From sequence record PV340851.1: DNA of 64,000 nt. One strand, written 5' to 3'. Numbering within the stretch: the first letter of the stretch is position 1; each line of letters opens with the position of its first letter. The translations under genes and the position numbers were made by a program. Below the pieces are notes generated by a model. That model saw only the letters and a program-made list of their open reading frames with translations, ran no database searches and was not told where the DNA came from. Shown here in pieces: positions 39,242 to 47,782 of the stretch.

Positions 39242-40403
39242 AGTGGGACCAGAGAAGAAAAGCATCGAAGGTATGACAGTTTTTAATAAGAATACCGTAG
39301 ATACTACCAAGCAAACTATGTTCTTTGGACAACCACTTGGTGTCCAACGTTATGATAACTTCAAGTATCCTGTGTTTGATAAACTTACACAGACACAACT
39401 AGGATATTTTTGGAGACCTGAGGAAGTTTCACTACAAAAAGATCGTGCAGATTATCAGCAACTTCGCCCAGAACAAAAGCATATTTTTACATCCAACCTC
39501 AAGTATCAAATTATGCTTGACTCCGTACAAGGGCGTGGTCCTGGGATGGCTTTTATGCCATACTGCTCACTACCTGAACTTGAGTCTGCAATGAGTATCT
39601 GGCAGACCATGGAGATGGTCCATAGCAGATCGTATACACACATCATTAAGAACGTCTATCCTGACCCCTCTGTGGTCTTCGATGAGATCATTACTGATGA
39701 ACGTATCTTAGAACGTGCTGCGACCGTTACAGAGGCATATGATGACTTCCTACAGGCAGCTCATCTGTATGATACAGGTAACATGTGGAAGGGTGATTGG
39801 AAAGATTCACCTACTGCTCAGTGGGAACTAAAAGAACTGAAGCGTAAACTATATCGTGCTGTTGCCAACGTCTATATACTAGAGGGCATTCGTTTTTACG
39901 TATCATTTGCATGCTCCTTTGCGTTTGGTGAAAATAAACTGATGGAAGGCAATGCTAAGATCATCTCTCTCATCGCTAGAGATGAATCACAGCACATGAC
40001 CATCACTCAGAACATTCTTAACAAGTGGAAAGCAGGTGACGATCCCGAAATGGTTGAGATTGTAAAGGAAGAAGAGCAGAACGTCTACAAGATGTTTGAG
40101 AAGTGTGTTGAGGAAGAAGTTATCTGGGCAGATTATCTGTTCAAAGACGGTAGCATGATCGGACTCAACGCTAAACTACTGCAGAAGTATGTTGAATGGA
40201 CAGCAAACAAACGCATGAAGTCTATTGGTATGAAACCAACCTTCGATGCTCCTCTTAACAACAATCCACTACCATGGACGCAACATTGGTTGTCTTCTAG
40301 AGGATTGCAGGTGGCACCCCAAGAGACGGAAGTCGAATCATATGTTATTGGGGGCATTAAACAAGATGTTGAGGAAAATACTTTCGCAGGTTTTCAACTA
40401 TGA
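39222..40403 (+). CDS. nrdB: Ribonucleotide reductase class Ia beta subunit
   Basis: FWRPEEV, EMVHSRSY, EGIRFY, RDESQH and VAPQETE. Confidence 0.98.
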   Translation: MTAAQFRVGPEKKSIEGMTVFNKNTVDTTKQTMFFGQPLGVQRYDNFKYPVFDKLTQTQLGYFWRPEEVSLQKDRADYQQLRPEQKHIFTSNLKYQIMLDSVQGRGPGMAFMPYCSLPELESAMSIWQTMEMVHSRSYTHIIKNVYPDPSVVFDEIITDERILERAATVTEAYDDFLQAAHLYDTGNMWKGDWKDSPTAQWELKELKRKLYRAVANVYILEGIRFYVSFACSFAFGENKLMEGNAKIISLIARDESQHMTITQNILNKWKAGDDPEMVEIVKEEEQNVYKMFEKCVEEEVIWADYLFKDGSMIGLNAKLLQKYVEWTANKRMKSIGMKPTFDAPLNNNPLPWTQHWLSSRGLQVAPQETEVESYVIGGIKQDVEENTFAGFQL

Positions 40404-40582
40404 CAAAAGAACTCCCAGAGTGGAAGCGCAGAGCACTGGCAGATCCGAATCTGCCAGACAGTCATTGGACGATCTTGAGGTTGGGTCCGACGAGTCTAGC
40501 AGAAGCGTTCATTCTGGGGGCGATGAAGATCAAGTACACACTTTCCCAGACCCATGGGACGGGGACTGGAACGACGCGGTAA
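40400..40582 (+). CDS. Hypothetical protein
   Basis: ATGA-coupled to nrdB. Confidence 0.6.
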   Translation: MTKELPEWKRRALADPNLPDSHWTILRLGPTSLAEAFILGAMKIKYTLSQTHGTGTGTTR

Positions 40583-40600
40583 TTAATTGGGCATACTGGC

Positions 40601-40933
40601 ATGAAAACACAAAGCGCCAAGGCAAAGGGGAGAAACCTCCAGAAGTGGGTGAGGCAGAAACTGATTGAGATGCTCGATGTTCATCCTGAGGACATCGAGT
40701 CTAGGTCTATGGGTGCTGGTGGTGAAGATCTCATCATGGCACGGGCAGCAAGACAGAAGTTTCCACACTCAATTGAATGTAAGAACGTAGAAAGGTTGAA
40801 CGTTTGGGATGCCTATGAGCAAGCTTGCGAGAATTCTGGTGACTATGAACCTATTGTAGTCATGAAAAAGAATAGGAAGAAACCACTGGTTGTTGTGGAT
40901 GCAGAATATTTTATCAACCTTTTTAATAAATAA
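40601..40933 (+). CDS. Hjc-like PD-(D/E)xK nuclease (putative Holliday junction resolvase)
   Basis: KAKGR...SMGAGGEDL...IECKN. Confidence 0.65.
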   Translation: MKTQSAKAKGRNLQKWVRQKLIEMLDVHPEDIESRSMGAGGEDLIMARAARQKFPHSIECKNVERLNVWDAYEQACENSGDYEPIVVMKKNRKKPLVVVDAEYFINLFNK

Positions 40934-40954
40934 AGATGCATTGCTTTTTTTACT

Positions 40955-41230
40955 ATGGAGTCAAATCCAAAGAAGAAAGAGGATGCCAAGCAGAACAAAT
41001 TTGAGTGGGCTGATGAAGGGGTGTCTACCCTGGTGCGTGTTATTATTTTAGGATGGTCAGCAGCAATTCTGACCCTTAATTATGTAACTGTTCCTGGCAT
41101 TCCTCAAAAAAATATCGATCCAACTTTTATCGCCTCCGTTTTTACTGGCACTTTAGCTACGTTCGGGGTTGTTCCTGCTAAGAAGAAGGAAGAAAAGTCT
41201 GAAGAAAAGAAAGATGAAAAAATTTCTTAG
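40955..41230 (+). CDS. Small protein with two transmembrane helices
   Basis: Two hydrophobic segments flanked by Lys/Glu-rich tails. Confidence 0.75.
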   Translation: MESNPKKKEDAKQNKFEWADEGVSTLVRVIILGWSAAILTLNYVTVPGIPQKNIDPTFIASVFTGTLATFGVVPAKKKEEKSEEKKDEKIS

Positions 41231-41546
41231 CGCCATCGTTTTACTAGCAACAATCTTTTTCGCTGCCCCTGTATGGGCAGTGGATGTTCAAATGGGTTCC
41301 AATGGAAACCTAGTATTCGACCCAGCAGAGGTTACTATTTCTGCTGGTGAGTCTGTCCATTTTGTCAATAACATGCTTCCCCCACACAATGTTGTGGTAG
41401 AGGATCACCCTGAACTTACCCACGAAGCACTAGCAATGCTCCCTGGTGAAGAATTCGACGTTACCTTCCCTGAGGCAGGTGACTATACATACTGGTGTGC
41501 TCCTCATAAGGGTGCGGGTATGATTGGCACTGTCCACGTCGAATAA
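41214..41546 (+). CDS. petE: Plastocyanin
   Basis: Signal peptide; copper ligands PHNVV...YWCAPHKGAGM. Confidence 0.96.
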   Translation: MKKFLSAIVLLATIFFAAPVWAVDVQMGSNGNLVFDPAEVTISAGESVHFVNNMLPPHNVVVEDHPELTHEALAMLPGEEFDVTFPEAGDYTYWCAPHKGAGMIGTVHVE

Positions 41547-41552
41547 AGTATC

Positions 41553-41834
41553 ATGCAAAAACTAATTAATGTAGTTGCACTGCTCTCTGGTCTGACCTCA
41601 TTGGGTCTGATTGGGGGTGGTGCTTATTTGTATCTAAACAAGGATGTCTTGATTGAAGATGCAAGGGCAAAGGTAACTAAAGCAGTAACTGAAGCAGCAG
41701 TTGAAGCTGTATCTGGTGCTCTACCTGGCATGTTGGATTCAGCAATGCCTGAGTTGCCTGATGTAACTGGTCCTGCTGTACCAACATCAAAAGGTAGTAA
41801 TGTAACTGGTCCTGCTCTACCCACAATGCCATGA
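41553..41834 (+). CDS. Membrane-anchored hypothetical protein
   Basis: N-terminal TM helix; duplicated VTGPA(V/L)PT motif. Confidence 0.75.
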   Translation: MQKLINVVALLSGLTSLGLIGGGAYLYLNKDVLIEDARAKVTKAVTEAAVEAVSGALPGMLDSAMPELPDVTGPAVPTSKGSNVTGPALPTMP

Positions 41835-42406
41835 ATAATCTCAAGATCGCTGCCATTTCGGTTGGTGGTGTAGTTGCTTTTGCACATATTGGTTTGCTTG
41901 GATATGTATTCCACAGACCAAAGCAACCTGAAATTCCTCAGGTCCCTACTATCAACATTCCAAACGGAACGCCTTATTCTTCATATAAAATTGAAGCAAA
42001 TAAGGAAGGTTATAGTATTGAATACAAAGCAAACGATCCTGCCATCTTGGAATCACATAAATCTCTAAACCTGGACAAGGAGAAGAGAGGATTGTTTGGT
42101 GGCGGTCGTGAGAAACGTACTGAAACTAGGTATGATCAATACACTATGGAAGGCACCCGTAATATGGGAGGTGCGACTACAGATGAGGGAAAGTCTGCAA
42201 AAGACATAGAGTGCATCGTGGCGGACGCTGGAGCACGGTCACAAGGTGCAATGGCAGGTAGTGCTATTGCTGCTGGAGTTGCTGTTCCTGCCGTTGCTAG
42301 CATCCCCTACGTGGGTTGGTTAGCAGGTGGTTGGGCATTGCTACTAGGACAGAAAGCAGGTTCTGAATTGGGTTCACAAGTTGGAACAGTATTTAATGAT
42401 TGCTAA
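41831..42406 (+). CDS. Membrane protein with glycine-zipper-like C-terminal helices
   Basis: GAMAGSAIAAG...GGWALLLGQKAGSELG. Confidence 0.75.
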   Translation: MNNLKIAAISVGGVVAFAHIGLLGYVFHRPKQPEIPQVPTINIPNGTPYSSYKIEANKEGYSIEYKANDPAILESHKSLNLDKEKRGLFGGGREKRTETRYDQYTMEGTRNMGGATTDEGKSAKDIECIVADAGARSQGAMAGSAIAAGVAVPAVASIPYVGWLAGGWALLLGQKAGSELGSQVGTVFNDC

Positions 42407-43212
42407 TGGAAATACCTGATATTAGAATTAGAAACAGTGAAATTAATATCGAAGATATTAGAATCCCTAGTATCCCAGACTACCTTACAACTACACCTCC
42501 AATAACAAATTACGTCATACCTCCTGTTGTTCAGGAGGTAGGCGTTCCTATTGTAAATGTTCCTGGTTGTGTGGAAGCACATCCATCGAACGAAGGTAAA
42601 AGTAATAACCTGAATGAGGATGACCCTAAGGGCACCCTCACATTTTGTGATGCAGGTGTGCCAGCTTTTAGTCCGCTGGATTATAACAAAGAGAAGCTGC
42701 AATTTACTAAAGAAGCACCTGTACCACCAGTAAAATCACCAGAAGCACCAGAGACACCTGAGGTAAAACCACCTACAACATCAGAACCACCTGTCAAGTC
42801 AGCTGTTGTTGATTGTCCCACTAGAGAACAAGAATTAAAAAACCCCATAGGAAAAATCCTACAGGGTAATGAAAAAATTATAGGTTATGAGTTAGTTGGA
42901 AAGGAATGTTTGATGGTAACAGAACAACTTAGCGTTCCTGATCAGATTATTGGTAACATTCCTAACGCTGGCAAGGTTACAACTACTGCTGGGATTGCTG
43001 TAATTGCGACGACTTCTGCACTGCTTGCAAAACCTTTTGCTGATCTTTTGTTAAAAGTGGTGAAGCCGACTGTGCAGAAGGTGATGAAGAAGATTGCGAC
43101 CCTGAGGGGGAAAACGGTTCCACAGTTAAGCGTAAAGGAGCGCCGAGATCTGCAGCGCGAGAGGACTGAAGCGATTCGTCAGTTGCGCTCGACCTTGAAA
43201 CCGAAGGGATAG
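42400..43212 (+). CDS. Pro-rich hypothetical protein with a hydrophobic segment near the C-terminus
   Basis: 270-aa ORF coupled to the previous gene; Cys residues in PGCVEAH, FCDAG and DCP...ECL. Confidence 0.75.
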   Translation: MLMEIPDIRIRNSEINIEDIRIPSIPDYLTTTPPITNYVIPPVVQEVGVPIVNVPGCVEAHPSNEGKSNNLNEDDPKGTLTFCDAGVPAFSPLDYNKEKLQFTKEAPVPPVKSPEAPETPEVKPPTTSEPPVKSAVVDCPTREQELKNPIGKILQGNEKIIGYELVGKECLMVTEQLSVPDQIIGNIPNAGKVTTTAGIAVIATTSALLAKPFADLLLKVVKPTVQKVMKKIATLRGKTVPQLSVKERRDLQRERTEAIRQLRSTLKPKG

Positions 43213-43990
43213 CATGGACGTGTGGATGATCGTGTCCTGGTGGGTTGTTTACTATCACATCTGCACATATTTTGTACATAGGACTCTTGGGATGGAAACG
43301 AATTCCACGCAACATCAAATCGCCACAGTTTTTGAGTCTCGCAATCTCAAAATCTAATCGCTTGTTAGCAGTTAACTGTTGTTGTAGTGCGATCTGTGTT
43401 GCTGCTGCTTCTTTACACTGATCTTGTAACTTTTGATCTATTGGTCTAGACCATGTAGCAGAGAAACCTACTGACAAATTATAATTATCTTTTTGTCCAG
43501 TACGTGTTGGAACATTGTAGAGAATCGAGCCAGGATTATCAGGTGCTCCGTCCTCATCGAGATCTCTCATGTCATATACAGGAGAGTCATAGTAATCTTG
43601 GTATGGTTTTGATGCTGATGCACTACCTGTTACATAGGGAGTGATGTTTAGCGTCGGTCCTTGACACTGAATTCCTCCTCCATATGTGTTGGTGATATAT
43701 GGACCTTGTAAAACCTGGATAGCTTGGTTGGTAACCGAGCCAGAGCTATTTGCTACTGGAGCTGCAGTAGCAGAAACACCACCAACAGTTTCTGCATTGA
43801 CAGGTGAGCAAGTTAGAGTGGTAATTACTGCGAGAAGATACTTGTAGTGTCCGTTACGCTTGTCACCTCGGTTGTTCTTTGAATAATTGTATGATTTTGA
43901 AGCCCAGGTCCAGAATAAGTCTCGGTAAACTGAAATGCTGCGCCTGGATTTGTCTGAACGAATGATGGTTTGCTGGTCACACCTGTCCAT
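42983..43990 (-). CDS. Secreted hypothetical protein, start codon uncertain
   Basis: Signal-like KYLLAVITTLTCSPVNA|ETVGG near 43845-43795; the only in-frame ATG is at 43990. Confidence 0.75.
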   Translation of the reverse strand: MDRCDQQTIIRSDKSRRSISVYRDLFWTWASKSYNYSKNNRGDKRNGHYKYLLAVITTLTCSPVNAETVGGVSATAAPVANSSGSVTNQAIQVLQGPYITNTYGGGIQCQGPTLNITPYVTGSASASKPYQDYYDSPVYDMRDLDEDGAPDNPGSILYNVPTRTGQKDNYNLSVGFSATWSRPIDQKLQDQCKEAAATQIALQQQLTANKRLDFEIARLKNCGDLMLRGIRFHPKSPMYKICADVIVNNPPGHDHPHVHAIPSVSRSSATDESLQSSRAADLGAPLRLTVEPFSPSGSQSSSSPSAQSASPLLTKDQQKVLQAVQKSSQLQQSQQ

Positions 43991-44241
43991 GTCGAATTCA
44001 CTCCGTTAATAGTTACATTATTTGTTCCTGTCCCTGGTGATAAGTTACCAGAAGCAGTTACTCCACTTCCTGTAGCAGAATATTGGTAACCTGTACTATA
44101 ATCCATTGAATTAATAGTTTCGGTTATCTTTTGTGTAGTCTCTGTGTGGCTCGTCATGGAGCCTTGTGTAAAGTTAGGCACCACGGGGACCGCCATAGCA
44201 GGCGATCCCATAATAAATGCCAACAGAAGTAATCTTTTCAT
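43825..44241 (-). CDS. Secreted Thr/Ser-rich protein
   Basis: Signal peptide MKRLLLLAFIMGSPAMA|VPVVPNF. Confidence 0.8.
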   Translation of the reverse strand: MKRLLLLAFIMGSPAMAVPVVPNFTQGSMTSHTETTQKITETINSMDYSTGYQYSATGSGVTASGNLSPGTGTNNVTINGVNSTWTGVTSKPSFVQTNPGAAFQFTETYSGPGLQNHTIIQRTTEVTSVTDTTSIFSQ

Positions 44242-44249
44242 GATTAACC

Positions 44250-44750
44250 TCAGTCGATAACGGTGATCTCCGAAACGAATTGTCCGATACCACTTGTACC
44301 CGCACCACCAGCAGTCACGGTTAGTACACCTGCACTGGTTACAGTACCAGCTAGTGAACCAGCAGTTCCTGCTGTATAACTTGTAGTGTTGGAGAAGTTA
44401 GGTACAGCACCTACAGTTGGAGCAGCAGTTGGAACTGCATCACCTTGAGTATATGATTGACTAAAGGAGAATGCTGCACCTGCAGTGTCTTGGGTCGCTT
44501 CAATAGTTCCTGGTGCATAGATACCAGAAGTAATAGTACCAGCAGAAACTGTGCCTGCAGTTGACCCGTCCGTAGTATCAATATTTGAACCTGAAATACT
44601 GAACGAGGAACCAATTCTGGTTGCTTGGGTTCTAGCAGCATCAACAGTGAGTTGAACACTAGAGGCATGTTTGGATACAATTCCGCCTGCATTAGCAGCA
44701 GTAGCGGTCATCAGTAACATAGCAAATGGTAGTAGTTTTTTCATAACCAT
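44250..44750 (-). CDS. Secreted Gly/Ala/Thr/Ser-rich protein
   Basis: Signal peptide MKKLLPFAMLLMTATAANA|GGIV; minus-strand ATAAATA at 44777-44783. Confidence 0.8.
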   Translation of the reverse strand: MVMKKLLPFAMLLMTATAANAGGIVSKHASSVQLTVDAARTQATRIGSSFSISGSNIDTTDGSTAGTVSAGTITSGIYAPGTIEATQDTAGAAFSFSQSYTQGDAVPTAAPTVGAVPNFSNTTSYTAGTAGSLAGTVTSAGVLTVTAGGAGTSGIGQFVSEITVID

Positions 44751-44775
44751 TCGGAATTTAATTGGGTCCGTGTAA

Positions 44776-44997
44776 TTATTTATCCTTGTTAAAGCTTTCT
44801 CCCTCGAAAGTATACTCAGTCAGCATAGCAAACAGTCTAGTTTTTAGTATATGTAAGTATTCTTGCTCTTCTACTGGTCTTCTGGGACTACCTGGCCATG
44901 TTTCGATAGCGTAACATATGTGACTATAAAGAACCCTAACTTCGTCGATGCCCATGTGCATCTCTATTCCCCATTCTTCTTCAAACGAGGGTTCCAT
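44776..44997 (-). CDS. Hypothetical protein
   Basis: Likely start MEPSFEEEWG, after a GGAG SD. Confidence 0.6.
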   Translation of the reverse strand: MEPSFEEEWGIEMHMGIDEVRVLYSHICYAIETWPGSPRRPVEEQEYLHILKTRLFAMLTEYTFEGESFNKDK

Positions 44998-45439
44998 GCT
45001 GTCTCCTGATCTCCCTAAGTTCTTCAAAGTTCTTTTGTTTAGTTCCTCCATCATATGCCCATGCATATCCTTCTTCAATCATCATTTCATTCAATGAAAC
45101 TTCTGCATCTCCAATATATAACCAACCAAGAAGGCGACCGTACTTACCCATACCGCCAACCAACTCAGTTCTAACAGAAAGTTCGTCGTCTCCATTGATT
45201 GCTCCTTCCAACTTATCTTTCATCCAGTTGGTTGCATGAATACCTAACTCTTTTTCTTCAAGATCTCTAGTGCGTTTCTCTGGGGTGTCCACACCAGCAA
45301 TTCTAACTCTTTCTTTCTTATAAAGATCGAATCCCAAATCAATAGTTACGTCAATGGTATCACCATCAAGGACTCTGTTGATCTCCACTACTCGAAAGTT
45401 GTAGCAGCTCTTCCTGCTCGGTGGGGTCATGGCTCCCAT
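44981..45439 (-). CDS. Staphylococcal nuclease-like (SNase/thermonuclease) protein
   Basis: VLDGDTIDV, RIAGVDTPE and KYGRLLG. Confidence 0.88.
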   Translation of the reverse strand: MGAMTPPSRKSCYNFRVVEINRVLDGDTIDVTIDLGFDLYKKERVRIAGVDTPEKRTRDLEEKELGIHATNWMKDKLEGAINGDDELSVRTELVGGMGKYGRLLGWLYIGDAEVSLNEMMIEEGYAWAYDGGTKQKNFEELREIRRQHGTLV

Positions 45440-45578
45440 GATCTTGTGCCTCTCTAGTATCAACTATTAGTATATATCTGATCACCCAACAGACTCCTGC
45501 AAGGAGGATGAGGATGCTAATGATCACACTCCACACAGGGTCATTTACATTATCCAGTGGTCTCAGTAATAAATTCAT
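45366..45578 (-). CDS. Small membrane protein
   Basis: TM helix PVWSVIISILILLAGVCWVI. Confidence 0.55.
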   Translation of the reverse strand: MNLLLRPLDNVNDPVWSVIISILILLAGVCWVIRYILIVDTREAQDHGSHDPTEQEELLQLSSSGDQQSP

Positions 45579-45579
45579 T

Positions 45580-45783
45580 TTATAATGTTATCTGGAGCCA
45601 TGGTAATAGTGGTGGAATAACACCAATTAATCGGAGAAGACCTTCAGCAAATAAAGCAAGAACCATCCAACCAACACACATAGAAATAATCCCTGCATTG
45701 CGGTTGTGGCGTCTGATTGCATCGTCTATCATCTCCTGTACTTCTTGTTTTGTAATTAGATGTTCAGGTTTAATTTCATTCAT
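45580..45783 (-). CDS. Small membrane protein
   Basis: HNRNAGIISMCVGWMVLALFAEGL. Confidence 0.7.
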   Translation of the reverse strand: MNEIKPEHLITKQEVQEMIDDAIRRHNRNAGIISMCVGWMVLALFAEGLLRLIGVIPPLLPWLQITL

Positions 45784-45926
45784 GGGTTCTTAGGATCAAT
45801 ACCTAAACTTTTAAGATACTCTGTCCACCAGTCTGGATCTCTATTTTGTTTCCAATTAGGAACTGGCAATCCATGAAGCGAATAGTATTCATTAATCGCT
45901 TCATCTATAATCTGTGCGATCTCCAT
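45780..45926 (-). CDS. Hypothetical protein
   Basis: MEIAQIIDEAINEYY... preceded by GAGGAG. Confidence 0.6.
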   Translation of the reverse strand: MEIAQIIDEAINEYYSLHGLPVPNWKQNRDPDWWTEYLKSLGIDPKNP

Positions 45927-46110
45927 ACTCCTCTTCCTCTGCATCAACGTCCTCATATGGATTCTCCAAGAAGGGTCCTCGTTTTCGTAGAGGTTCTTTT
46001 CTGACATAATCCTGTTCTGCATTAACTGCTTCGATCCAAACAGCAAGTTTCATCACAATAAAAATGATGATGAGAGGTGTGAAACAACCGACTAGTATAA
46101 CTGGATTCAT
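45901..46110 (-). CDS. Small membrane protein
   Basis: N-terminal TM helix and acidic tail. Confidence 0.65.
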   Translation of the reverse strand: MNPVILVGCFTPLIIIFIVMKLAVWIEAVNAEQDYVRKEPLRKRGPFLENPYEDVDAEEEEYGDRTDYR

Positions 46111-46256
46111 TTGTGACTTCTATCGAAAGGTTCCCAATGCTCCCATCCATATTTATGGACAAGATGCATTCCTATGATAGGAACGAACACAAGAAAGAAT
46201 CCCATGACACCAAGACACCAGGAGGTTTGCATTGTATGTCTAATGAATAAGATCAT
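46107..46256 (-). CDS. Small membrane protein (49 aa); not in the ORF track
   Basis: Manual translation MILFIRHTMQTSWCLGVMGFFLVFVPIIGMHLVHKYGWEHWEPF... Confidence 0.65.
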   Translation of the reverse strand: MILFIRHTMQTSWCLGVMGFFLVFVPIIGMHLVHKYGWEHWEPFDRSHK

Positions 46257-46336
46257 TATCTCTTAGGTAATGGCCATGTAATGTGTAACGTGTAGCATAG
46301 TAAGGTTATAAAACCAAAAACAAATAAAGCACTCAT
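46256..46336 (-). CDS. Hydrophobic micro-protein (26 aa)
   Basis: MSALFVFGFITLLCYTLHITWPLPKR; coupled to the zwf stop. Confidence 0.45.
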   Translation of the reverse strand: MSALFVFGFITLLCYTLHITWPLPKR

Positions 46337-47682
46337 GCTGGGTAATCCCAATCAGTAATTAGATCTACTTTGTGCCATGGTCCCCAACTACCTAGGTATA
46401 GGTAGGGAGCAGTACGTATAGGACATGCCTCACCTACGCATAGCAGATCGGTGACAATACGCCAAGACTCTAGAACTTCTTCTGCATGTACAAAGTGTGA
46501 TTGATCACCATTTATAGCATCGTACAGAAGTTTTTCATAACCATCAATTGCTCTGTCTTGTGGGTAGTCATATGTTAATGTAGCAAGTTCAACACCATCT
46601 GTCAGTCCTGGTGTCTTCATATCCATACGAATATCAAGATGAGGATTTGGTTGTAGACGCATAACGATACGATCACCAGTCTCTCCCTCATACAATGCAA
46701 GAGGGGGAGTCTTTAGTTTGATCACTACTTCTACACAACCATGAGGCATCTTCTTTCCTGTCAAGAAGTGGAAAGGTACACCTTGCCAACGCCAGTTATC
46801 AATATAGATATCACCTGCAACGAATGTAGGAGTAGATGAGTTAGGATCAACTCCTTCTTCCTGGCGGTAGTCTTCATACTGTCCACAGATTAACTTGCTA
46901 CCTAGTCTGGTAGCAGCAAGAACCTTAGTCTTCTCACGTCGAATCTCTGTAGCATTCATCTTGCAAGGAGGTTCCATTGCAATTAGTGCTAGAACCTGTA
47001 GCATATGGTTCTGTAGCATGTCACGTACAGCACCAGCAGTCTCATAGTATTGTGAGCGACCTTCGCAACCGATAGTTTCAGTTGCAAAGATCTGAACCTC
47101 ATCTATGTACTGACGATTCCAAAGTGGTTCCAGCAGAATATTACTAAACCTAGTAGTAAGTATGTTATTAACAGTATCTTTGCCAAGATAATGGTCAATG
47201 CGATATACTTGCTTCTCGCGTAGATGTCGCTCCACCACAGACTGTAGATTATCAGCAGATTGATAATCGTACCCAAAGGGTTTCTCAATAACCACGCGGG
47301 AGTGGTCGGGGTCATCGAGTCTACCTGTCTCTTTAAGATTGATAATTGCGTTAGCATACCTCTCGGGAGGAACAGATAAGAAGTAAGTAGTATCGTCAAG
47401 GTAATCAGGAAGGTGACCGAGAGTATCAACATTGTCTAAGTCTGCCGAAACGTAGTCTAGATGATTTAAAAATTCTTCTGGATATTCACCAAGAGATTCT
47501 TTCCATTGTGCTGCTGTAGGTGCTCTTCTAGCACATCCTGTAATCAAAAAGTTTTCTGGGAGAAGTTTTTTCTCCCAGAGTTTATGTAGTGCAGGGATTA
47601 GTTTCTTTTTGCATAGGTCTCCCGTTGCTCCGAAGATAACAATGCCTTTACTAGTGTGCGGTTCCGTTTCCATCGTAGTCAT
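46333..47682 (-). CDS. zwf: Glucose-6-phosphate dehydrogenase
   Basis: IFGATGDL, RIDHYLGK and DMLQNH; start moved from the track's 47769. Confidence 0.97.
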   Translation of the reverse strand: MTTMETEPHTSKGIVIFGATGDLCKKKLIPALHKLWEKKLLPENFLITGCARRAPTAAQWKESLGEYPEEFLNHLDYVSADLDNVDTLGHLPDYLDDTTYFLSVPPERYANAIINLKETGRLDDPDHSRVVIEKPFGYDYQSADNLQSVVERHLREKQVYRIDHYLGKDTVNNILTTRFSNILLEPLWNRQYIDEVQIFATETIGCEGRSQYYETAGAVRDMLQNHMLQVLALIAMEPPCKMNATEIRREKTKVLAATRLGSKLICGQYEDYRQEEGVDPNSSTPTFVAGDIYIDNWRWQGVPFHFLTGKKMPHGCVEVVIKLKTPPLALYEGETGDRIVMRLQPNPHLDIRMDMKTPGLTDGVELATLTYDYPQDRAIDGYEKLLYDAINGDQSHFVHAEEVLESWRIVTDLLCVGEACPIRTAPYLYLGSWGPWHKVDLITDWDYPA

Positions 47683-47782
47683 CTGATTCGTAGTAATTGT
47701 TTTCACCTTTATATCTTCCAAATGCGATGGTGGCACATACAAAAGGTAGTGCTGCCCAAAGTAAGACATCAGCGAACGTCAT
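47651..47782 (-). CDS. Small membrane peptide (43 aa) between gnd and zwf; not in the ORF track
   Basis: Manual translation MTFADVLLWAALPFVCATIAFGRYKGENNYYESDDYDGNGTAH. Confidence 0.6.
   Translation of the reverse strand: MTFADVLLWAALPFVCATIAFGRYKGENNYYESDDYDGNGTAH

Noticed and set aside
23355-40403. Introns, inteins or homing endonucleases in g43, g41, nrdA or nrdB
   Set aside because: The ORFs are continuous and of normal length, with no splice-junction motifs and no HNH or GIY-YIG signatures.
47683-47769. Extended N-termini of zwf (47769) and gnd (48902) given in the ORF track
   Set aside because: The extensions overlap separate small ORFs; the conserved Rossmann motifs begin just after the downstream ATGs.
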